Source: a virus
Taxonomy: Duplodnaviria > Caudoviricetes
Direction: 5' to 3' (one strand)
IMG/VR virus record: IMGVR_UViG_3300006919_000073
Location: 1-53,053 of that record
DNA length: 53,053 bases
The first letter of the stretch is position 1, and every line of letters starts with the position of its first letter. The position numbers and the translations under genes are program-made. Under the pieces are notes generated by a model. The model was not told the origin of the DNA and ran no database searches. It saw only the letters and a list, made by a program, of their open reading frames with translations. Positions 17,526 through 29,000 of the stretch are shown here, piece after piece.

Positions 17526-17762
17526 TCAGACCCAAGTCACCTTTATCGTCAGAGCTTTCTCTTTCAAGTCGTAGAACTCTGACCTCACGATCTGCTCAAT
17601 AATTGGGTAGAGGTAGCAATGCATTACATCCTCCTCACTTGTTTCTGTGAAGATGCGTTGTAACCCGTTATCACCTATTCCGGCATCAATGTGGATGAAC
17701 TTGAAGTCTTTCGAAACAACAGCCTTAACTACTTGATGGTATGTGTTGTTGACCTCTTTCAT
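17526..17762 (-). CDS. hypothetical protein
   Basis: Last gene of the minus-strand block; ATGA-coupled to the upstream micro-ORF. Confidence 0.6.
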   Translation of the reverse strand: MKEVNNTYHQVVKAVVSKDFKFIHIDAGIGDNGLQRIFTETSEEDVMHCYLYPIIEQIVRSEFYDLKEKALTIKVTWV

Positions 17763-17917
17763 CCGTAGGGGAATCCAGCCAACATTACCAGCAAATCAGC
17801 CGAGCCGATAATGCCATCACAGTTGTAATCAAACATTGAGTTATTTGCGGTTACAGGATTGCCATAAGCACCCAGTAAGCTCAACAAATTCATGAGGTAT
17901 GTCAGTCCATTAACCAT
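17759..17917 (-). CDS. 52-aa dockerin/EF-hand-like micro-protein (not in ORF track)
   Basis: MVNGLTYLMNLLSLLGAYGNPVTANNSMFDYNCDGIIGSADLLVMLAGFPYG*; contains a DxNxDGxIxxxDL Ca-binding loop. Confidence 0.65.
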   Translation of the reverse strand: MVNGLTYLMNLLSLLGAYGNPVTANNSMFDYNCDGIIGSADLLVMLAGFPYG

Positions 17918-17946
17918 ACCCTTCTTACGTTATGTAAGATGAAAGG

Positions 17947-18207
17947 TTACGGCGCAGGGACATCAATCCTGATAGCGTACACTCCAGGTATATCTGTTTC
18001 TACTAAACGGTACATGTGCCCTTGGTAATCATAGTACTCTGTATTCAGTACCATTTCATGCTCAAAGTGGGCTACCGGAAAATGCCCGTCCCATACAAGA
18101 GGGATTATTAGATCGGCATTAAACTTCTCAGGATGTACATACACATTCTTTGGGGCCGTCGTACATCCTACAAATAACAGTGCTAAAAGCAATACTACAG
18201 TTTTCAT
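17947..18207 (-). CDS. putative lipoprotein
   Basis: MKTVVLLLALLFVG-C signal peptide II with lipobox, from ATG 18207. Confidence 0.65.
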   Translation of the reverse strand: MKTVVLLLALLFVGCTTAPKNVYVHPEKFNADLIIPLVWDGHFPVAHFEHEMVLNTEYYDYQGHMYRLVETDIPGVYAIRIDVPAP

Positions 18208-18270
18208 AGACGGCAATGTAGCAGTGCTGCAAAGTCTATCGAAGTATTTATCGTATAAGAACACTTATGT

Positions 18271-20025
18271 TCAGCGGAATATTGTTACATGCCCTTGCAA
18301 GTCCAGCGTCAGACCACTCAAGCCTTTTGCTTTAATTACCCATACGTATACGCCATCAGCAACATAGTAATTACGAGTTGGTCCTTGCCCGTACCATTCC
18401 ACTTCAGGATCAAATGCCTGCCATATCATATCACCCCAGCGGTTGTACACCTGTATATGCCAATCTAACCAGCAGCTCGGGTCAGCCATTGCAGCATAAA
18501 AGCTGTCGTTGATACCATCATTATTTGGTGAGAAGGCATTGGGCACAAAGACAGATGAACAGTCTTCTTCTAGCAGGCCTTGCTCATCGCAGGGCAGCCC
18601 GGTCTCACAGTCTACGAATTGGATTTCATATTCATACACTGTGTCTGTCTCGTAGATGTATTCATAGAGTACAATCTCCTGAATCAATGTATCTACAACC
18701 GTAGTGTACACGGTATCGACTTGATATATCTCTAGGGTATCCGTGACATAGACATACTCAATTTCTGTCTCAGTCAGAATCAATGTATCCAGCACGTTGA
18801 TGTACACTGTATCGTACACATCTACGTACACGGTATCATAGATGTACCACTCCCATGGCACGTACACCGTGTCAACTACGAAGACTTCTAACGTATCAAC
18901 TACCAGCACTTCTACCGTGTCTGCCGGCAGCTCTACAATCACCGTGTCAGGGTCTAGTGTGACAAACTCAACAATCGTGTCAGGAGGTAGTGTGACAATT
19001 ACCGTATCTGCTTCTACCGGACATTCCGGTTCTTCTGGTAGATAGACCGTCGTATTGTTATTGCCTGTAATGACCTCCCCCGGTATGCTATCTAAGCTCA
19101 GGTTGAAGAAGCCTCCGCCTCCATAACTAGGGAATTCAAAAGGCCCTCCCGTTAACGCTTGCCCTCCACCTGGAGGTATCCAATAGATGGGGTTATCATA
19201 CCCACTGTAGCAATCGATTTGATCCTGAAACCAGAAGTCGATACAGTAAGACCAAATAGTATCCGGACCATAGTTCCACACCACATAGTCTACAGTGTAA
19301 AATGCTTCATCACCTATGCACCCTACATTAAATTCAACATCATCGATTACCCCGTCAGTCCAATCTGACTGCGGCATGCAGTTGACTTGAACCCAGTTAT
19401 CCATGAAGTTCTGATCGTCATAAACTCCTGACCCCCAAAAGGTACCGTCCCCATTAACACCTACCTCAGCCCAGCCACCATCAGCCGCATACATCGTAGG
19501 GCCATAGCTAATCTGCCATATCACGGCTTGAATACCCAAGTCTTGCTCCAGCCAGAAGTCAAATACATCAGGCAACGTCGAGAACATGCTCCCACTATTA
19601 TTCTGATAGAAGTCGTCTAATGGGAACGTCACGGTATCTCCGGTATAGTACGGAGGCTCTAAGTCGTACTCTGCCCATACATCCAGGTTTGTCCAGTTAG
19701 TAGGACTCTCTGTAGTAGTGGCGGAGTATACCCAACCCGGGTGGTTACTGTTGTCAGGAATAGATAGCCCCCATGGGAAGTCCCAGCCTTGATTCATAGC
19801 ATTGCAGTCAGCATCGACTGCCTGAAAGCCAAACTGTAACTCTGCAATACCGGTAGGACCAGCACTGCCGCCACAGTTTTGTGTGTTGTTGAAAGCGACT
19901 GTAATCGTATTCGCATTTACGTCGAACTGCAGTATTTGCAGGTCGCATTGTGCTACGTTTTTATACATAGCAAAAACGCCTAGCCATATGAGGCTAAGCG
20001 TTTTAGGTAGATTGAAAGGTGCCAT
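18271..20025 (-). CDS. secreted acidic protein with T9SS type-B (gliding motility-associated, CHU_C) C-terminal domain
   Basis: N-terminal signal peptide; C-terminus VFVPNAFSPNNDGINDSF...VYNRWG...W.G...DGVYVW.I...GHVTIFR; central DT repeats. Confidence 0.88.
   Translation of the reverse strand: MAPFNLPKTLSLIWLGVFAMYKNVAQCDLQILQFDVNANTITVAFNNTQNCGGSAGPTGIAELQFGFQAVDADCNAMNQGWDFPWGLSIPDNSNHPGWVYSATTTESPTNWTNLDVWAEYDLEPPYYTGDTVTFPLDDFYQNNSGSMFSTLPDVFDFWLEQDLGIQAVIWQISYGPTMYAADGGWAEVGVNGDGTFWGSGVYDDQNFMDNWVQVNCMPQSDWTDGVIDDVEFNVGCIGDEAFYTVDYVVWNYGPDTIWSYCIDFWFQDQIDCYSGYDNPIYWIPPGGGQALTGGPFEFPSYGGGGFFNLSLDSIPGEVITGNNNTTVYLPEEPECPVEADTVIVTLPPDTIVEFVTLDPDTVIVELPADTVEVLVVDTLEVFVVDTVYVPWEWYIYDTVYVDVYDTVYINVLDTLILTETEIEYVYVTDTLEIYQVDTVYTTVVDTLIQEIVLYEYIYETDTVYEYEIQFVDCETGLPCDEQGLLEEDCSSVFVPNAFSPNNDGINDSFYAAMADPSCWLDWHIQVYNRWGDMIWQAFDPEVEWYGQGPTRNYYVADGVYVWVIKAKGLSGLTLDLQGHVTIFR
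18630..19012 (-). repeat. degenerate coding repeat [VI]xDT[VLI]x[VE], about 8-aa period
   Basis: ADTVIV, PDTIVE, PDTVIV, ADTVEV, VDTLEV, VDTVYV, YDTVYV, YDTVYI, LDTLIL, TDTLEI, VDTVYT, VDTLIQ, TDTVYE. Confidence 0.85.
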
Positions 20026-20028
20026 TGG

Positions 20029-23000
20029 TTAATTGTTTAGTACTCGGTCTAGATTCCGAATCTGCCGCTGTATCGCTGCACTATGTGGTATCAGTTTACC
20101 GCCATGGTGCAACATCTTACTCTTGCCGGCATAGACTCCGGTTTCAATAGTCGGCTCGCCCCATGCAGTATCCCAAGTCGCCTCAGTCAGTTTAGCCAAT
20201 TGATTCATTGTGTCCAGTGCCGCAATCTTACCGCCACCCACAAGCTTATCGAAAGCCAGCGGATTCATAAAGGCAGTCTGGTCATTATGCGCACGGTTCA
20301 TCACATTCATCAGATAGTTCAACGTGTACTTAGACAGTGTCTCATCATCATCCTCGTCATCCAAGAGAGCTTGGATAGCTTGAATCATAAAGTACAAGTA
20401 CATCATGTGACGGAAGTTCGCTGCACTCTTGCGCATGTTCTCCTGGTCCACTTGACTTACATCATCGCTAAACTGATGCTTACGTCCAAGTACTGGCACC
20501 ATCAGAGGCAGCAGCATCTTGTGCAGTGACTTGCGGTGTTCCATCAACGTCCACCAACGACCCTTCACATTACGATCTAAGTACGGATCGTAACGCTCCT
20601 TTTCCATACGCTGAGCAATAGCTTCTGGCAACCAGCTCTTGAACTGCATCAACAGTGGGCCATAGAAAGTCTTCTTGATAGCGATAGGGCTATTGGGGTC
20701 ATAGTTACCGTGGATACGCTTGTTAACCTGGTCAATCTTATTTACCAGCTGAGCGTGCTTTTCTTCTCCCGGTCGGTAGCCATCAATCTGAATGATGCCG
20801 TTCTCGTCCATCTGCTCCCACAGCGACTTGCCGTTGACCTTAGTCTCAAGCAGTACCGCCATAGTACCTGCCCCATACACAAAGTATTCCGAGCTGCGTT
20901 GAATCTCATACATGCGCAACTTCTTGATGCCCATAGTAGACGCGGCACTGATACCGGCTTCGCTAGCATTCTTAGCATACTGGCTTGGGTCAAATCGAAT
21001 CTCCGTAAAGTCCTTCAACACATCCAGCGTAATCATCATGCCTTGAATCTTCTTGGCAGTAGCCGTCTGTGTGTAGCCTTTGTTCAGAGTCAAGTTGTTC
21101 AGGCTCGAGTGCATCATAGTAGCTAACGCCTTACGAGCTGCCCGTGGTCCAAACTCTTGCTGACCGGCACCATACTGCTCCACAGCCAGTGTGCCATAGA
21201 GAAGGTTTGTTGCAGCAGCCGGTAAGTTCCAGCCCATACCCTTAGCCTGAATCCACTGCTGCATACCATACGCAGTCTTCGCAGCACTGAGCTTAGGAGT
21301 AGCAGCATCGATCTGCTGTTGGATTTGAGCACGCTCCTCATCAGTGCGAGCATCTCGCAACTTCTCCTCCAGCTTGGCAATCTTCTCTTTATCGTCAGCA
21401 GTCCACATACGACGTGGTGCATTCACTGTTACGTCCTTTATGGTAGTATGCCCATAGAACTGATTGACCATAGTATCTACCACACGCATAATACGTGTAC
21501 GGTCTTCTGCCGTACGTGAAGCCAGCGGTACACCCATCTTACTCAGGATCTGACGCCCAAAGCTATTCTGCTGAGTTATCTGCGCTTGACTCATCACACC
21601 GCGAGTCATACGTACAGTATCCTCAATCTTATTCTTGCTTTCGTACGTCGTTGCCATCATCGCGAACGCCAAGAACGTACGGTCCATATTGTACTCGTAG
21701 TCTTCCGACTTAAGCTTATTGGTAAACCATACCGGCAGCTCTTCACGCTTGGCTCCAGTCACAGGGTCGATCAGCTGCGATTGCAAGTCCTCCTCAGTCA
21801 CAGTCATAGCCCGCAGCATAGAGTCAGTGACCGCATCCTTGCTCAAGCCACTGAAGTCACCCTTCATCACGTCGTTAATCATAGAGCGCTTGATAGCTGG
21901 CAAGAACAATCCGCTTTGGATTTGACTCTGGTCTACCGCATTGCCCATCTTATGCATAGGCAGGATAGCCATCATCTCCTTCATCTGCTTACGGTACTCC
22001 TTGTAGTACGCCACAGCAGCAGCATCCTCTTGCATCTCAATGAAACGCTCATCGTGGTACTCCTTCTTCGGCATATTGAAGAGGTAGCTATTGCGTGCTC
22101 CCTTAGGTGCCCGCGTCTTACCGTCGATATACTTCTTGTGCAGCGAGGGGTCGTTCTGTGCTACCCACTCCTTCTTCAGCTTTTCACGCTCGGCTACATC
22201 AGTGACTTCGACATCAATGATATCGAACTCTGCATTACGAGCATCAACAAACTGCTGGAGCAATACCTCCTGACGGGTAATCATCTCTTCTGCGCCATAC
22301 TTACCGTATGTCTTCTCGAGAGACAACTGATAGCTCAGGTTATCCTTACGCACAACAGTATCGCCACTGTAGTCGAAGAGACGATCCACATCCATGCGAC
22401 CGGTATTGGCGTGTAACCACTTGTAGTATTCACCAGGCTTATTGTCCTTACCGGCACGAGCCTGATTGTGAGCTGCTTCCCACTTGCCTCCAACAATAGT
22501 CAGAATCAACGGCATCGGGTTACCATCCTTGTCCTTCATCACGAAGCCTTCAAACCCGTGCTTCTTGAAGTAAGCGCCCTCCTGCATAGCCTTGGTCTTA
22601 TCCATATAGCTCTTTGCACGATCGTTAAACGCCACCTGTTGCTGACGTACCGCCTCCTTCATAACACCGTCTAAGAAACTCAACTCGATACGACCCTGAC
22701 GAGACGCATCCATGAAGTAGCTCACCAGACCTCCGATATCATCAATCTTCTCGAAGCTATCACTCTTCACATACTTCTCTCCTGCAGTGCCACGGAACCG
22801 AGCCTTAGCCTGTGCACGTAAGATAGCAGTCGCCTTCTCGAAGTAGTCCTCTCGCAAAGTAGCTGCACGGGCCACGAGCTTGTTCATCTCATCGCGGATT
22901 GGACCACGCTTGTCAATGATGCCACGAGCATCTGCATAGAACTCAATAACACTCAGCGCATTCTGCAAGGCTGACTGAGCCAGTCGCACATCGCCCGTAG

Positions 23001-26000
23001 TGTTTGCACCGCGTACCACATTCTCTGCGTCGTCCAACTCACGATTCGCCATATCGACAATCATCTCTAACGACGCGCCCCCTTCACTATCATCACGTAG
23101 CACACTCAGTTCCCGCTCCTCCAAGCCAATGCGCTCATTCAATCGCTTCACCAAGTACTTGTCATTCTTGTACCGGCTCCGCATCTCCTTCAGCTCTCTA
23201 ATACGCTTACGCTTGTAGTCAATCAGTTTCGCGAGTGTTTGCGTGTCCAAGCTAAAGTCATCAATATCTGTCTCAAGCAAGTCGTCAATCAAGTCATCGC
23301 TAGCCACATCATTCTGGTCCATTGACAAGTCCAGTGTCTTGATTGTGACTCCACGTGCTTTGGCATTCTTCTGGATCAAGTCCATAGTGAGTGCCGCTGC
23401 TTCGTGCGCGTATGTACCGGTCTTTACTTGCACCCCTAAGCCTTCAAGAATCTCACCGATATACTTTACGATACGGTCGAGCCATGTCTCGTTTTGGCTC
23501 AGCTTGATTTGACTCAGCTGTTGTGCAAACTCTGGACGAGAAAGCAACTCGGCTACCATCTCTTTCGCGCTGGTAAAGCCGTAGTACTTTTTCATATTCT
23601 CTTTGTCCATAGCAAAGTCATATGCCTCGCTAGCTACCAAGTCAGCCCGCATTGCCATCAGTGGCAGCTCACCGCTCAATACCTGCTTGCGCACTTGAAT
23701 ACCACGCTTGAACTTATTGAGATCATCCAGGTTCAGGCCCATCGCATTCAACAGCTCTGGACTTGTAGTCAACTGGGTATATACCTTCTCGACTTTAGCA
23801 ATGGCCTCCTTTACCTCTGCCGGCACACCTTTACGCTGTGCTGCATTCATAGACATTACGTCTGAGGTGTAGGCGTGTACCATTTCGTGAGCCAAGACAC
23901 GCACCAAGCGTGATGTATTGCCCGACTCTACCAGCTGCTTCTGCAACTTCAGTGTATGCGTACCACGATTGTATCCACCGACATTATCCATGTCTGCTAC
24001 AACAACCTTTACCTGACGCTCTTTCGGCAACTTAGACTCAAAGGCCAGCAACTGACGCAAAAGACGATTCTTCAGTACACCGTCACCGATCTCCTGAGTC
24101 ACAAACTCAGACACCGACATCTCACGAGATTGACCTTGAGCTGCAGATTCCATAGCTGCTTGCTCAGCAGGAGACATTCCCTGAGGCACATCGGCCGCAG
24201 GTGCTGCAGGCATATCCATACTCTGCGCTGCCATCTCTGCTGGACTCATCCCTTGAGGAACATCACTTGAATCAGTAACACCCGTATGTTGCGGACGGCC
24301 CGGCTCTACGTCATTGGTAGAGTCCATACCATTGACACTGCTTGCCTTATTAGACTTGTTAATGTCCAAGGTAAACTTGTGGTCCTCTTGAATTTCCTGA
24401 CCCGGTGTGAACTCCGTAGCGAAGTAACTGCCGCCAGCAGGGTAGGGACCACTAAACGCAAAGAACGAATCGCGTGTACCATTTGACACCTCCTGGACTT
24501 TGTACAAGCCTTTACTCGTGCGGAACCAGCCCATGTAACGCATCTCGCGAGTTACCATGCCGTCTTTCACGCGCTTCTTCTTGAAGTCCAGATGCTCTTT
24601 CATAGCTTCCTTATTCAAGTACTGCATATGCTCCGACATGTGCAGCATGATTTGATCGTGCGCTGCCTCATCAGCACGCCAGCCCGCATAAATCTCGTGA
24701 GTAAATCCAAGAGCTTCCTTGATACCTAACTCCTGCAACAACTCCGCAGGCAAGTACTTACCGTATCCCTTGGATGCCAGCTGCCGTCCCTGCAAGAGGT
24801 GATACACAACTAAGTCTTCAGCTAGTTGACGTACCGCTGCATCCTTTGATGTAGCTAACGCCAAGAATGCCGCGTGCATTTCAATTGGGCTGACATTTAC
24901 CTGACGATCACCTTGGAAAGACACACGTGGGTATCCCTTTGCCGGATTCACTTCAGCAATCAAGTGCTTGATAAACAGGTTATTACGCACTTCTGCTTTG
25001 GCTGCCTTTGCACTAATGAGCCTAGCAGCCATGTTATTCTCACTGGTAAAGAACTCCTGGCGCAATTCAGCTGCAGAACGTCCGCCTACCTTCTCTGCCC
25101 ACTGTGCATAGAGATAACCCTTCGCCATATTGAGGTAGTCTTGAGCAAACTCTGGCGACAGGTACATATCTCCCGTACTGTTTTCATCTTCCGAGTTCAT
25201 CAGCTCTACCGCCTTACCCATCATCTCCTGATACAGCGGAGTACGGTATACTGACTCACCCGGCAAGTCCAGCACCTCTTGAATCATAGCATTCAGGTCA
25301 CTGTAAACCTGACCAGATACCGTCATGCTCAACAGTTGCGACTCCAAGTTGTCGACGGTCTCCTTCAAGCCTTTAGCATCAGCTCCTTGCGCTGTCTGCC
25401 GCAATGCTTGTGCCGCCACCTCACGCTCCATATCAATCTCTGAGCGAGTCTTAGGCATCTTAGTGTCAAACTTCATCGCCTTAGCAAACTTGCCTAACGC
25501 TCTGCCTACTTGATCCAAGTTATTGAGAGCCATGTGAAGTTGGAAGGTCATAGCCGCCTTTTCCACTTCCGGCATCTGCTCTCCTTGCACCATTGCGAGC
25601 AAGTCTGTTTTGTTCAGACGCGGCAACCTACCACTACTCAAGGCTTCAGACACTCTCTGCGCATCTGCAAATCCTGCTTCTCTCAGGGTATTCATCGCCT
25701 GATCAAGCATAGTCTGATATTGAGATGACTGCCGTGCGCCTGTCAACTGACGTAATGCACTCTGATCCGCTGTAGCTGCCTGTACTAACGGAGTAGCCAT
25801 GAAGATACCAATGGTCTCCATGTTGTATCCCATGTTCGTCAGTGCAGACCAGTAGCCCCAAGTCTGGCTATTGATGTTCAGCTTAGCCAAAAGCTGATTG
25901 TTCTCGTTGTCTACCGCGTGGTTCAACAGCCGGCTAAACTGCTCTTGACGTGTGATTTTCGTTGGCTGCGTTTCGTAGTCCAACAAGAATGTATCGTCAT

Positions 26001-29000
26001 GAATATCAGTAACACCAAAGTAGCGAGCCTTATGAGAATCTTTCATCTCGTTGTCCCTATCAACTTGGATATTGACATGCAAGAGAACAGGCCCAAACTT
26101 CGTATCTCTCAAGTATTGCATAGCTCCAACACCAGCAGACATCTGCTCAATCTGTGCGTGCAATACATTTTGGCTAGCGAATACCCCAATTGCATCCTTA
26201 GCACTACGCGCTACGTCAGCCTTCAAGTCGTTGTACTCATACGCCATAGGCATACCGGTAGCTTCACGCATCAAGCCAAGCTGCTGACCCAACTCTTCAC
26301 TATAGCCGTCAGTAACAGGGCTATGGCGCTCGAGGAGTGCCGTAGCATCTTGACTACGAAGACTTGCGTGGTACACATCAATCTGACGGTTACGCGCCGA
26401 CTTACGACGTTCCTCTGCCGTACCGACCTCAGAACCTCCCCGTGCTACTTGCAAGGCTCCATCCACAAGAGATGTCTCATACAAGAAGCCGAACATCTTA
26501 TCGATATCGTAGTCCTGACCGATCTGTCCAACCAACTCCTCCGGTACAATCAGCGTATCTCCATATGACTTAGGCAAGAAGCCTACAATCTCAAAGCTCG
26601 CTGAAGACGCTTTCTTCTGACCCGGGATACGATATGCCAACACCTGGAAGATCTCCTGTGGAAGGCTATCCATATCAATTGTACCGTCCTCATTCTTAAA
26701 CTGCTCCAGCTTACCGGCATACTTCCATGGCATGATAATCTGATTGGGCTGCTCATATTGAGCAACCTTCAGCTTCTTACCATTGAACAGCTTTGACTTG
26801 CCCTTCTTTACCCAAACGATATCGCTTGCATCCATCCCATCAAGGGTCTGGTACTGCATGCCTGTTTCGGGTCGGATAGGACCACTGAAGCCGCTAATCT
26901 TTGGCTCAATCAGTTCCTTACGCAAGATGCTAATGAGCAGCTGCTCGATGCGTTGCGCACTTGGACCTTGACTCAGAGGCGTAAAGAAGGTGCCCGTCTT
27001 TTCGTCGTACTGCAGGTGAGCCAACTCATTGACATCGTAGTTACGGTCAATAGCCTCTTCTACAATACGTGCAGCCATACGCTTGGCATACTCCGGCCCC
27101 TGTACCAAGTTGCCGTTTTCTACACGCATATCGTACTTACTGGCAAAGATGTCCATACGAGCGCGTTGCTCTTGAGATCTTGCCTCCATGTACTCATAGT
27201 ACAAGTCCCGTCCGCTTACCGTCTCGCCGTCTAACTCAAACTCAACATCCTCATTTGCCATGTTCGCAAGAATCAACTTGGCTACCTGCGAACCATGCAC
27301 CTTTTCGGTCGACTTCGACACTGGTACTTCCTGCTGAATGCGAACGCTTTCACGCTTGTATTGAATCACCTGATCCTTAAGACCGTCTTGGATTTCGACT
27401 TTACCCTCAGCATCGTGCACATCCACCATATCAGCGAACGGATTGCCTACTTTCAACGCCGAAGTATATGCCGCCCGCTGGATGTTATTCGCCTCCATAA
27501 ACTGGCGCAACTCATCCAGGGACTGGTTCTTAGTCAACCCAGGTACCAATGGGAACGAGGCACTCTTGATATACAGCAGGTGCCCATCCTTACGCTCTAC
27601 CGTAACCGGCTTCATAGGCTGGAACCATCCCCGCTCTTGGTTATTCAGAGGCACACCCTCATTAACCTTACGAAGAATGCCCTCGAACTCTTTACGCCCA
27701 ATCTTACCCTGCGCATACAGGATAGACAAGTGCTCTTCTGCGGTAGTGTACTCAGCAGCATCAGCAGTATCGTAACCACGATATGCATCTAACTGCTCCT
27801 CTGTCATGCCCAACTCCTTGAGGTAGCTCAGGTGTGCGGACTCAGAAATCTTACGCTCTGGCATGACCAGACTACGGACGGTCTTGTTGTTAACGTCCTT
27901 GACTTCTTCAAGTACCGGCTTACCATTCTTCAATACAGGCTTACCGTCTTCATCGTAGGTAGCACGCATGGCGGTATACGACACTTCTGGAATGACGTTA
28001 CCCGGCGCAATCAAAGCAGCAAAACGCTTACCCATGTTGGTTGCCGTCTGCTCTGCGCTACCCTTAGCAAAGGCTCCTGGGTCACCCAACAATGCAGTAG
28101 TAACGTTCGTGTTGAAGTGCATAGCTTCAATGACATACTTCGCCACAAAGCCCATGAATGCGTGTTGCTTATTCATGTCATTATCGCGGAAGTCGCTAAG
28201 CTCCATACCTACATGCCGACGCACATAGTCGAACTCTTTCTTTGAAGGGTCAAAGAAGTTGAATCGAGAGATAGTATTTTCATCGCCCAGCTCGTACAGC
28301 ATGCCTTCAGCATCCTCCATAGCCTTACGGTAGGACTTATCTAACTGAGCTTCGTAAATGTCCCGAGCTGCTCTGTGAATCTCCGCATCGGTACGGTCTT
28401 GCATACCGTTGAGTGCAGGCATCAAAACAAAACGATCGTTACGCTGCTGCTTGGCATCCAAAGTTGCGAAGACCTCGCCTTTCTTCTTTGCCTGTACCGC
28501 CCGAATACGTGCCAGCTCTAAATCAATGCTTGCACGGATGGTAGTATCGTATGCTTCTTGCACATTAAAGAAGTCGCTTACACGATACTCAGCAGGCAGA
28601 CGCTGTTCACCAGCTGGTTCAACAGTCAAGCCTTTCATCTTAAGGGTCAGCGATGGCACCTGAATCAGAGGCATTGTATGCTTGTCTGCCAGTGTGGGCA
28701 TCATATGCCGGCTATACATCTGGCGACCCCCATCGATGTAAGTATTGTTATTGCCGAAGTATGCCAATCGTGCAAAGAGACGATCGCCTGGCTCCATCTT
28801 ATGGAAGTCACGCACATCGCCAAAGCCTGCTAGCATCTTGATTCCATCCACATAACCAAACTTGACATACGGACGATTCTTACGACGCCGCATGCTCATG
28901 AGCAATGGGTTGTTACGCAAGGTCCAGTCGGCCTCCATGTCTACAGCAAAGACGGCATTACCATTTGCGTCAGTTACCAGCTGCCCCTTGTCATCAAGCA

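Noticed and set aside
17515-17540. Bidirectional rho-independent terminator at the strand switch
   Set aside because: There is no intergenic space and no convincing GC hairpin with a U-tract.
18630-19012. CRISPR-like or DGR-like nucleotide repeats
   Set aside because: The repeats are degenerate and in-frame at the protein level. There are no identical repeat-spacer units and no cas or reverse transcriptase gene in the window.
15677-20025. Host chromosomal DNA (prophage boundary or chimera) explaining the kinase and T9SS genes
   Set aside because: These genes continue the tightly packed phage gene runs on both strands, with no integrase, att-like repeat or housekeeping genes. Read-level confirmation is still advisable.
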